A stretch of DNA of 64,000 bases from Podarcis vaucheri (lineage: Eukaryota): NCBI GenBank assembly GCA_965113315.1, contig OZ220370.1. One strand, 5' to 3'. This document shows positions 27,901-38,948 of the stretch, in pieces; the stretch's first letter is position 1, and each line of letters opens with the position of its first letter. The notes under the pieces were generated by a model that worked only from the letters and a program-made list of their open reading frames with translations, had not been told where the DNA came from and did not search any database. The position numbers and the translations under genes were made by a program.

Positions 27901-28123
27901 TTTCCTGGTACCATATGCCAGTTCAAGACTGTCACCTACCACATTGTGTTCAGAAAATGGAAATGTGTCATTATCATTATACTGATGGTAGTTCAGTCGT
28001 TGTTTCAGTTCCCATGTTGTAATTTTCTGTCCAAAAGAGCAATCAACTCCCTACATTCTTTATTGGAATCCAGTATCATGGCTTTGCAGTATAGCATGTA
28101 TTGTTAGGGTTTCGTTAGCACTT

Positions 28124-29178
28124 TCTTTTTAAAAAAAATATATTTATTAACCTTTCAAAGTTTATAAAAAAAGACAAAAAGCAAAAATGCAAAAAAAAAC
28201 CCACATATAATTTCATTCACTTGTTTTCTTTTAACTTATTTCTCGGACCTCCTCGGACCTCCCCTTTTTGTATTCCAATTCAAATTATTCATTCAGCAAA
28301 TCCTCACCCTTAATTTTCACTTAATTTTAGACCTTTCTTTCTTCTTTTTCCCCCAATTATCTTAATCATTACAGCTGATGACCACTTAGATTCAGTCCAA
28401 CATCAATCTAACATTCAGTAATTTTATAATATTTCCCAAGATAGTCCTTAAATTTCTTCCAATCTTCTTCCGTCGTCTCTCTTCCCTGGTTTCGGATTCT
28501 GCCAGTCATTTCTGCCAGTCCCATGTAGTCTATCACCTTCATCTGCCATTCTTCCAAGGTGGGTAGATCTTGTGTCTTCTAGTACTTTGCGATAAGTATT
28601 CTTGCTGCCGTTGTTGCGTACATTAAAAATGTTCTATCTTTCTTTGGCACCAATTGGCCGACCATGCCCAAGAGAAAGGCCTCTGGTTTCTTCAGAAAGG
28701 TATATTTAAATACCTTTTTCAGTTCATCATATATCATTTCCCAGAAAGCCTTAATCTTTGGGCACGTCCACCAAATGTGAAAGAATGTACCTTCAGTTTC
28801 TTTACATTTCCAACATTTATTATCGGGCAAATGATAGATTTTTGCAAGCTTGACTGGGGTCATGTACCACCTATATATCATTTTCATAATATTCTCCCTT
28901 AAGGCATTACATGCCGTAAATTTCATACCAGTGGTCCACAACTGTTCCCAGTCAGCAAACATAATATTATGTCCAACATCCTGTGCCCATTTAATCATAG
29001 CAGATTTTACCGTTTCATCCTGAGTATTCCATTTCAACAGCAAGTTATACATTCTTGACAAATTCTTCGTTTTGGGTTCTAACAGTTCTGTTTCTAATTT
29101 TGACTTTTCCACCTGGAAGCCAATTTTCTTATCCAAATTATATGTCTCCATTATCTGATAATAATGAAGCCGATCTCT
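28124..29178 (-). mobile_element. 5'-truncated L1-clade LINE (ORF2 C-terminus with CCHC zinc knuckle, 3'UTR, A-rich tail)
   Basis: ORF 28579..29181 contains CWKCKETEGTFFHIWWTC. The frame continues past one TAG to a stop at 28408-28410. AATAAA and an A-rich end lie near 28125-28150. Possible 5-bp TSD cactt. Confidence 0.88.
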
Positions 29179-29326
29179 CACTTGGTTTTAGTACTCTCAC
29201 CAAACTAGGAAATATTTATGTAACGCTCCCCACCCCTTTAGCCTGAGTATAACTATGCATAAATTATGCTTGGTATGAAAAAGGTGACTGAAACACTGGA
29301 ACTTGTGGTCATTAGTAGAAACACTA

Positions 29327-29670
29327 GAAGCTGCCTTATTTCAAATCAGACCACTGCACTGATAAAGCAGCAGATTTCCAGGCTTTCTGATGGGGGATAT
29401 TTTCATTCCTAACTGGAGATGCAGCCAATTAAACCTTGGACCACTTTCATGCAAACCAGATGCTGTACCACTGAGTTGTAGCCCTTCCCCATAAACATAA
29501 AAGGCTACCTTATATCAAGTCAGATGATTGGTCCATTTTGCTTAGTAATCTTGACACTGATTGGCAGTGGCTGTCCAGGGTTTCAGGCAGGCAGTCTTCT
29601 CCAGCCCTACCTGGAGTTGCCAGAGATTGAACTCATGACCTTCTGCAGGCAAACTTGATTCTCTACCACA
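29327..29670 (-). mobile_element. Two tandem tRNA-derived SINEs (Squam3-like)
   Basis: Two successive (ga)agctgccttat...cctggag(a/t)tgc...accactgag-type units at ~29327-29490 and ~29500-29670. Confidence 0.7.
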
Positions 29671-29699
29671 AAAGACAAACAAAAGAAAGTCCTTTTCAT

Positions 29700-30000
29700 A
29701 TCACATAGTTAACTGAATGGAAGTTGCTGCCATTAGATGTAAGACAGGGGGCTTCAGAGGATAATAAAAATTAATCCACAGAGGATATGCCTATGAATGA
29801 CTATTAACCATGGCAGCTAAATTGTACCTTCAAATTCGGAGGCAGCTTGTCTCAGAATATTATTTGTTGTGGGGCAAACAAGAAGACAGATGCCTTCTTG
29901 ACATATTTGTAGAATTCCTGAAAGCATCCGGCTGATCACTTCTAGAAGCAGGATGCTGGACTCGATGGATCCTTGGTGTTATCCAACAGGGATATTCTTG
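29700..30000 (+). mobile_element. Old CR1-like 3' end
   Basis: ...gcaggatgctggactcgatggatccttggtgttatccaacaggg, a CR1-type 3'UTR ending. Confidence 0.55.
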
Positions 30001-32907
30001 GTTTTGAAATTCCTCAACCCACAAAGCCAGATGGCTTTAGCAGCTTCCATGTTTTCTGAAATCGGGTCATTATTAGCTGGCAATGAAGCTAACCCTGCAG
30101 CTTCCAATTAAAATTAAATCACTTGTGCCAAACAAGGAAAAAAGCAAGTGCCTAAGAAGTAATCAGGATTCTTCACCACTCCAAACCCAGCACCTGGCAC
30201 ACTTGAGGGTAGCTTTCATTTTGGTCGGAACAAGCTGGCATGATGGGATGGCTGATACACTGCCTATTTCCCAGAGTGCCAATTCCAAGCTCTGCTAAGT
30301 AGCAAAGCTTTGTAACAAAAGTGAATTCAAGGAAGGATGTATTAAGCCCATCTTGGAACAGTGTGTTTGCATGATACAATGTCAAGAGCAATAAGAATGT
30401 GATGCTTTTAGAGGGTTTTCTTTCCCAATTAGATTTATCCTCTAATAAAATCAAGAGGAACAGATGTTTCTAACAAGAGCTATGTCGGCTTCATTTGGAT
30501 GTAATGCAAAACTATAATTGAGTGTTGCAGGAATGAGCCTGGGCTTCATTAGCCACCCTGCCCTCTGTTTTCCACTAGTGCAGGCACAAGGAGAGCAGTA
30601 GTTTTCACTTCCATTTTTAACTAACCAGAGTTTAACTAACCAAATCCCAACAAAACCATGGTTTAGGAAGTTGGTTTGTTTTCCTAAGCCTGCAGCCCCC
30701 CAGATGCTGTTGAACTACAACTCCCATCAGCCTTGTCCGTGGTGTCTGGATCTGGTGGGAGTTGTAGTGCAGCAACAACTGCAGAGCTACAGGTTGGCCA
30801 CCCCAACTCTACATTACAGTTCAGATGAACCTCTTTAAAGTTTGGATGCAACAGTACACTGTGGGTAAATCAGAATGGAAACCAAAGTTTCCAATTTCCT
30901 CCTTGCAGCCATACGAGAAAAGGAAATGAGGAGCACACAAGTCCAGAGCTCAAGCAGTTAATGCTAAACCATTTCACACCAGGCCTGTGAGAATCAACAA
31001 ATTAGGTAGGAAGGTCAGGTTTCCTGACATAGGGTAAAATATGTTCAGCCAGTTGTAGTATGAAATGTCAAATTAATAATGTTTCCTAGCAAGTGCACAT
31101 TGATAGTTCCCATTATTTTCATTTTGCTGAGAAGCAGTTCTTGAAATACTTCATTATCCTGGAATTTGGACTGGAAAATGAGAAGTTTTGTGATGATCAA
31201 AAGACCACAGAAAAGTTAGAGAGGGAGGGTGCTTATTAAATTTTTCTTGCAACTACTGTACATTTTGTTTGCTGGTGCCTGGATGGCCGGCATTGCATGG
31301 TTTGTAGCGGTTTTGTGCTTTGGTTTTTTTCCTGCTCGCTTTTGACCTTCTGAACATGTGCATTTGTAACCCTCCTTTCAGCAAAGCTTCCAGGGCAGCT
31401 TTTGTAAACAGTATACAGGGGGGGGGACTTGTTTTAAAAAACCAGCAGGCAATAGCAGAAATCATGATGATAGCTAGATAAAAGCAGCAAGAAATCATTT
31501 GATAGAAATGAAGGCCAACTGAGAAGCTAAAGCTGGTCTAGGAAAACAAAAAGGTCTTTGCTGGATGTGAAGATGTGAAGGCAGGCACCAGGCAAACCCT
31601 CTCCCCTTGCTTTAGCTCCCCCCCCCCATCACTGTAGTCCTTCTAAGTCCATGATCCTTGCTACAATGTTGTACAGGTGTCCTGTGCCCAAACAGCATCT
31701 GCAAACGGACAATTAGGATCTTGCAGCAAGTCCCTTCGAAGGGTAATGAAAGTGCATCAACAAATGAGACTATCAGGTGTGGGGCAAGTGGTCAGGTTTA
31801 GAGAAAGCAGCATTGCAGTCTAAATTGGGATTCACTCTGAGCCTAATTAGGCCCACAGGACAGAGATTTCCCACCCAGCCCTGATTAATAAGCTTAGTCT
31901 TCTTATAGCAATCTTATTGTGTCTAAAAATCTTCTGTAGAGATCCATATCCAAGAAATTTCTTGAACAGAGATATAATACACAGCAGCAAAGAAGCTGTT
32001 GTGGCTCTTTGACTTTGGAATCCCTCTCTAAGGAGCCAAACCTAGTGCCAACATTACAATCTTTTCAAGACTTTGCTCTATATCCCAGGCATTTAGTTGG
32101 AACTGTTTTTGTTCTTTTGTTAAAATCTGAGAATGGGAAGTTGCACAATGTGTCATTGCTGAAATGAAGTTTATCGGTAGTCTAGAGGCAGGGGTAAAGC
32201 AAATGAAAGGCTGGAGAAATGAAAATGCTTAATTTAACCCACTGAAATTGATTGCAGTTATGGCCCAGAATGCTAGATTAGTTTGCAAAGATCAATCAGT
32301 GGGTGTTTATTTCTTCAGATTAACATGGTTGTCACCATCTTGCCCTTATTGTAAGCTTCCCTTAGGCATTTGTCCATATCTAGAGACAGAATGATGAACC
32401 AGATGGCCTGTCTCAGCATAGCAATTTTATACCCAAGTTAAATATCTCACCCTCAGTATCTGCTTCTTCACTTTGGGGTTAATAGTGACCTAGAGGAAAT
32501 AAGGATTACACAGCATTATCTCTATTAGTATTTTCCACATTAATGTGTGTGGGGGGGGAGGAATCTTCTAATTTGTTTGCTAAATGTAAACCATGCAGCT
32601 TAAATACAACTGTATTTTCAGGAAGGCTTCAATTAAACTGAAAAAAGAACTGTGTACAAGAGTGTACAATACAAACGAACATTTCACAAATGCAGCCTGA
32701 CTGCTCTGAACCAGACACTGTCAAAATGTGGTACAGTTTTATGATCAAAGAGACTTTGGAGCAGAGAACAATGCTCTTGTTTAATTTTATTATCATTGGT
32801 ACGTTATAAAGTTCCCTAAAGGACTTTTTCTCTGCTTATATTTTGTGTGCTGATGTTCCTGTGTATGTTTTTTCCCCTTCTTCTTCTCTCTCCCCCCCCC
32901 CCTTTAG

Positions 32908-33018
32908 GCTGTACTATGGCGGTACAAGTTTTCCCAGCTTAAAGGGTCTTCAGATGATGGCAAGAGCAAAATCAAATTCTTGTTCCAAAATCCAGATACT
33001 AAACAGATTGAAGCAAAG
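32908..33018 (+). CDS. SNTG1: Gamma-1-syntrophin internal coding exon (AVLWRYKFSQLKGSSDDGKSKIKFLFQNPDTKQIEAK; syntrophin C-terminal/SU region)
   Basis: Long polypyrimidine tract then tttag|GCT, donor AAG|gtaaaa, 111 bp, phase 0. Contains the syntrophin SSDDG motif. Confidence 0.96.
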
Positions 33019-34042
33019 GTAAAAGCAAGAACTCCAATATGTTTCCCTTGTCTGATGGATATTAGATCAAGTAATCAGGGGCCGGGAAGACAACAAAATT
33101 TGAGGCTCATGTACTGATGCTTAAATAACAAGATGAACACTCATTTCTGTTGCTATTTGTCTCAGAACTAGAAAAAAGTAAACTAAAAATCAGGCAGAGC
33201 TGCATGCAAAGCCAAGCCAAGCCGATAACTAGGTTGATGCATTGTAGTCTTCATTCAGTAGGGAATTGGACATTGAGAGGACAGTTCCTTCAGTGTAGAA
33301 GTCTGCCCCTCAGTAGCTAGCCCAGTTATTTAAGGCATTATCTATGTTTTAATACAAATACAAAAAGGCAGTTGCTGTAACTATACACACTACTTGTACT
33401 CTGGGGAAGTCACTTGAGTGCTCCTAACATAGCAGCCCCATGGGGTGTGTTCCATTGTCTCTTGAGAGAGATGGATGCCATCATGGGCCATCAACATGTT
33501 AACGGCTTGGCTTATCTCTGGCTAGCTATGTGAAGCTGCCTTGGCTTGTGATCTTAAACTGAATGCAACAGCATTTGGCTTTTAATTAACCAAACTTTTC
33601 TTACCTCATGAATTCATGAGCTTGCTCAAATTCCAGCTCTTTACTGGGTCTAGAGATTATGGAGAGTCTGCCCCTCCCCCAAACGCATAACAATACGTTG
33701 TGATAAAGGGTGCTACAGATATTTATTAGGTATGCATTTCAACTTTGTGGTTTGGCAGAGCGTAGCATATGCTATGAATACTAAACTACCCAGGTGAAAT
33801 TATGCCACATACTTACTTCAGGTAGCTGATGCCATTCCTGCTTCTCAGCCACCTGGTAACAGCAGACTCTGCTGAGACAGAATTTGTACACCATTCTTCC
33901 CTCTGATTCCTAATCTTTGTCAGAAAACGTTGCTGTAACAACAGTTATGGTGTGTGGGGAAGAATGCTAGTGGATTTGTCTATGTGTTGTAGATATACAT
34001 TATAGAGTTATATACAACAGAAGGAATGAAGACTATTTACTT

Positions 34043-34413
34043 TAATAATAATAATTTTATTATTTATACACCACCCATCTGGCTGGGCTGCTCCAGCCAC
34101 TCTGGGCAGCTTGCAACCCATATAAAAACATCAAACATTTCAAACTTCTCGATACAGGTCTGCCTTCAGAGGTCTTCTAAAAGTTGTATAGTTATTTTTC
34201 TTCTTGACATCTGATGGGACGGCGTTCCACAGGGAGGGCGGCACTGCTGAGAAGGCCCTCTGCCTGGTTCCTTGTAACCTCACTTCTCACAATGAGGGAA
34301 CCACCAGAAGGCCCTCAGAGCTGGACCTCAGTGTCTGGGCTGAACGATGGGGGTGGCAGCACTCCTTCAGGTATGCAAGGCCTTTGAAGGTCAGCACCAA
34401 CCCTTTGAATTGT
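34043..34413 (-). mobile_element. L2-clade LINE 3' fragment, same family as 5187-5553 in opposite orientation
   Basis: Reverse complement shares cctgaaggagtg..ccacccccatcgttcagccc..acactgaggtccag..gggccttctggtggttccctca with the 5.2-kb copy, and has an (AAT)n-like tail. Confidence 0.85.
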
Positions 34414-35937
34414 TTGGCACTGGTCTGAGTCCTAGACGTTTGCATGTTATGAAGAAGCAGCTTCCTGTTTTATGCTTCTGTTATAACTTGCAAACCCTCA
34501 AAGTGAGAGACATCTGATGCCAGGACAGCTTATCTACAGGGAAGAAAATGGGGCAAGGGACAGTGACCATATGTTCTTTTTTAGTGCCTCCTCATAGCAT
34601 GTGAGTAGAGGATAAATTACTACATGTGGTATCTTGTTCCTGCATAAGTACTGCTGTGAAAGCCTGTTCTCTGTAAAAGTGTTTGAGTATGTGTCTCAAG
34701 ATTGCATAGAGCAGCATGCCAGAGCATTTTACATTTTCTGTCAGACTTTACTTCATAAAAAAGCAAATTCCCGTTCACCTGCACTTATACCTATATGTTT
34801 AATCAAGAACAGAGAATTCAAATGCGGGTTGATGTGCAGTCACTGACAGAATATTTTATTGGCCAGCAGCTTTAACATTAACCTGGGTATGTCTAGCAAT
34901 CTTTCTCCATTGTGAGGTAAGTTCTGACAGGGGGAAAATATATATAGATCCTGACAAGTGAGAAGCCCATGCTATTAAAGCAGCCGCCTGCACAATTGAC
35001 CAGTCAGTCATGTTTGCCCGCTTGGACATAAAACTTTAGTTACAAACTGAACATAAAATAACACTAAATCTAGTTTTATAATCTTCAGTTATAGAAGAAG
35101 TCTTGCTCAGGTACAGTTCTAAGGAAAAAATCTTAGCTCATTGGGAATTGCCAGACAATAATAAACTTGTTTTGTTGTGATACATTTCATAAAAGAATTC
35201 AGAGAGGAGTTTATTCCAGATTAAATTCCATGTGTTTGGTTCTCATGCAGGTTTTTGGAAATGTGAGATTTACTGCTGCACAATAGAGAATTGCCGCCAT
35301 AGGCACATGATGTCCTCAGCTGGTACAGGGAAGGCTGAAAGAATGAGCGCAGGAGACTGATATTGGGTTGAATTAGGCCACAACTTTATTACAGGAAAGG
35401 GTAGGTTTGAGTTAGGCATTGGGCATATATCCAGCGTCATGCAACACACCTACTATCTGACAGGAACCTAGTGGGTTTGACACTGTACTGTGCCACAACC
35501 CTGCACAGGCTGCCATTTGGAGAGTGTATTGGCCCAACAGTCCCCATGTGGATTCCTGGACAGAGTCACCCCTCCCAGACCCCTTTAGCAGTGTATGCTC
35601 CAGCCCAATCCCTTATCACCCAAAGTTGTAACAGTTACTGTGAGGTAGGTGGAAACATGCCAAATTGCTTGCAGAAGATAATTCCTCCCTGCCCCCAAAC
35701 ATGATGACCAAGCAAAGTATAGCAAAGACCGTAAGACACATGTCTGCTTCCCCCCTGGGCAGACCACTAACATCTGGGGTGGGTGAAAAGTCCTGTGATG
35801 GTCAGCAAATAGGGCAGCCTGCACCTGGCCACCCTCTTAAATAAGCTAAAGGTGGAATGGGCACAGCTTCTCCTGCCACTGCACCAGCAGATCAATTGTA
35901 CCATTATGTGACTTTAACTTAGTGCTACAATCCAATA

Positions 35938-36640
35938 CAGTGGTACCTCGGGTTACCGTATTTTTCACCCTATAGACGCACTTTTCCCCCTCCAAAAATG
36001 AAGGGGAAATCTGGGTGCGTCCTATGGTGCGAATGCAGGCTTTTGTTGAAGCTTGGAGAGCAAGAGGGGTTGGTACGCACCGACCCCTCTCGCTCTCCAG
36101 GCTTCAGGAAGCTATCAGCAAGCCTGGGGAGCCCGCGGGAGTTCCCGCAGGGCTCTCTAGTGCGGATAGCAGCCTGCTTCCCGGAGCACGCGGCACGCTG
36201 AAAGAGCGCCTGGCACTTGGGAAGACATCCGCAGCCTAGGCAGCCCTGCGGGAGTTCCCGCAGGGCTCTCTAGGCTGCAGATAGCAGCCTGCTTCCCGGA
36301 GCGCGGGGGGCCCTGTCCGCGAGGCTTGCGGATAGCAGCCTGTTCCGGGGGCTGGGGTCGGAGGAAGCACGCGGCTGGGGGGAAAATAATTTATTTTTAT
36401 TCATCCCCCCCGAAACAAAAAACCACAACGAGGTGCGTCCTATGGGCCAGTGCGTCCCATAGGGCGAAAAATACGGTAAGTACTTAATTTGTTCCGGAGG
36501 TCCGTTCTTAACCTGAACCACCACTTTAGCTAATGTCACGATTTCTGTGCTTATCCTGAAGCAAAGTTCTTAACCTGAAGCACTATTTCTGGGTTAGTGG
36601 AGTCTGTAACCTGAAGCGTATGTAACCTGAGGTACCACTG
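35938..36640. mobile_element. Tigger/pogo-like MITE (host element; same family as 15138-15334, inverted), interrupted by a nested element
   Basis: TA|CAGTGGTACCTCGGGTTA ... TAACCTGAGGTACCACTG|TA. Confidence 0.88.
35956..36476. mobile_element. Nested non-autonomous Tc1/mariner element (Tc2/pogo-like CCGTA termini)
   Basis: TA|CCGTATTTTTCACCCTATAGACGCAC ... GTGCGTCCCATAGGGCGAAAAATACGG|TA, with a CpG-rich interior containing internal repeats. Confidence 0.88.
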
Positions 36641-37323
36641 TATATTCAAAGCACACATTAGTAAAAATCAGGAAGAAACGTGAAATGCTCCTTGAGCATG
36701 TCACACTCATTAGTGTACTATTTATGGTGAAAAGCAAGAAAGCTAGCCAAATTTTGGCATTGTTTACGATGCAGCCTTAATTACGAATTACCAAGTGCAT
36801 TATAGAAATACAGCAGCCTCATGCTTCATTGCTTAGTTTGTATTCCTCGCCCTTTCATTGTAAAGATTTTTTTGAAAAAAGATAGTTTTCTATAATGCTG
36901 TTTTTGAAAGCTCAAAATCAGCCTTTTAAAATTGTATTTGTTTTGGGGACACTATGCTTCATATTTCATGCAGAAAGCATCCCAGAGAACATGTCCTTTA
37001 AGTTCACATCCTCTTTGCTGTTTCCACATTTAGCTAATAGGATATTTCTGATTTGTTCCTGGGTTCACAGTAGATGTAACAACTTAAATGATGCCAGCAT
37101 TGTGGAGAGGGAATATCATCATGTTTTGTTAAGTCTTTGTGAGTTTTCCATTACTTTTAGGTATAAAATACTAGGCAAAGGTTAGACCAATCCATTTATG
37201 TCACGCATCCATCACTCTGTTAATTCCAAACATAGAGTAAGATTCCCCCCCCAAAAAAAAACCCAATGTTATTTTATTTAACAAAAATTATATACCAATT
37301 AACTATAAATAGAACCTCTAAGG

Positions 37324-37509
37324 CAGGGGTTGTCAACCTGGTCCCTACCGCCCACTAATGGGCATTTCAGGATTCTAGGTGGGCAGTAGGGGGTTCTATG
37401 GCACAAGCTGAATCCTCCTTCCATCGAGCACTGGTGGGCCATAAGGAAATTTTACCATCAAGAAAGATGCATTAGTGGGTGGTAGGTTTAAAAAGGTTGA
37501 CTACCCCTG
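37324..37509. mobile_element. hAT-type MITE
   Basis: TIRs CAGGGGTTGTCAACCT...AGGTTGACTACCCCTG and a perfect 8-bp TSD ctctaagg. Confidence 0.9.
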
Positions 37510-37691
37510 CTCTAAGGGGTTTACAACCCCACCCCATAAAATATACAATACCATTATCAATAACAGTCATAGTCAAAAGCAAGTTTTGAAAAATAGTTCA
37601 CCTTGATCTGTTTTATGTCATCAGCATATTGATGATATCCTCACCTCATCCCACAGTGATCTCTTGCCAATGTTGGAAAATATGGGGAAAG

Positions 37692-38583
37692 TAATAGAAT
37701 TGTGACATGATCACAATTTCCTGAAGGATTCTAGTAGCTATTAATGCTGAAATCCAGTGTGCTGCAATGACTGACAGTGTCACCTGTGAGTTTCTGGCTC
37801 AATTCTTGCCCAGCCATGGTTAGATGGCCTTTACGTAGGCTGGTATCTGTGTCTCCAGTGCTTTGTGGGGATAATAGTACTATCCATTGATTTTAATGGG
37901 TCCAGTATTCAATATGACTTCAGTCAGATGCAATCCAAATCATACATTGCTCATAGTTGTAGTAATAATATTCAGTGTCATAATTTGTGAAAAGGTACCA
38001 GACTATACTAGAGTAACAACCAAAGTATGTTGTAAGCCTAAGTATTAGCATTGTTCTGCCCCCGTAGGGGTCAGTTATTTAGTGATAGCAAATTTGTGTA
38101 TGAGTATTATGTAGAAGGAATAATTCTGCCCCTTTAAGAAAAGATAATGCCTTTCCCCCTTTTTAGACCTCAAGGCAGATTGGGAAATGTAGGTACAGCA
38201 ATATTCTAGTTTCTATTGGCTCTGCTCAGAGCGGGAAGAAACCTCCCTTTCTCTTTTGTTTCAATCCTAGTGCTTGCCTATCCAGGAAAATGGATGAACT
38301 CGCTCGTTCTTACATAACTCAACAGGGAACTTCATAAAAAGCGTCTAACCACTTAAATTTTCCTAACTTGTAACATGAAGTTAACGTAATTTGCAGGAAA
38401 TCATCATGAACCTGGCACATGCTAAATTGTAGTTAGTGAATGTAGTGTACATGCAGCAGGATATTTTTATTCTGAAAATAGTAGCCTACCGTGCCATAAA
38501 ACATGGCTTAACAGTTAGAACATTTTGCACTAGGATGGTAGAAATCTCAAAACACTGGTTTGTATCCAACTAAGTCATATTAA
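37692..38583 (+). repeat. Copy 1 of an ~890-bp direct duplication flanking the Sauria SINE
   Basis: taatagaattgtgacatg...tatccaactaagtcatattaa, ending 1 nt before the SINE 5' end. Confidence 0.97.
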
Positions 38584-38584
38584 T

Positions 38585-38948
38585 GGGACGCGGGTGGCGC
38601 TGTGGGTAAAAGCCTCAGTGCCTACGGCTTGCCAATCGAAAGGTCGGCGGTTCGAATCCCTGCGGCGGGGTGCGCTTCCGTCGTTCGGTCCCAGCGCCTG
38701 CCAACCTAGCAGTTCGAAAGCACCCCCGGGTGCAAGTAGATAAATAGGGACCGCTTACAAGCGGGAAGGTAAACGGCGTTTTCGTGTGCGGCTCTGGTTC
38801 GCCAGAGCAGCGATGTCACGCTGGCCACGTGACCCGGAAGTGTCTTCGGACAGCGCTGGCCCCCGGCCTCTTAAGTGAGATGGACGCAAAACCCTAGAGT
38901 CTGGCAAGACTGGCCCGTACGGGCAGGGGTACCTTTACCTTTACCTTT
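38585..38948 (+). mobile_element. Full-length Sauria SINE (tRNA-derived head, (ACCTTT)n tail)
   Basis: Starts gggacgcgggtggcgctgtggg (A box), has the ggttcgaatccc B box, retains many CpGs, and ends gggtacctttacctttaccttt. Confidence 0.93.

Noticed and set aside
38585-38665. tRNA gene (A/B boxes)
   Set aside because: It is the tRNA-derived head of the Sauria SINE. The same applies to the Squam3-like heads.
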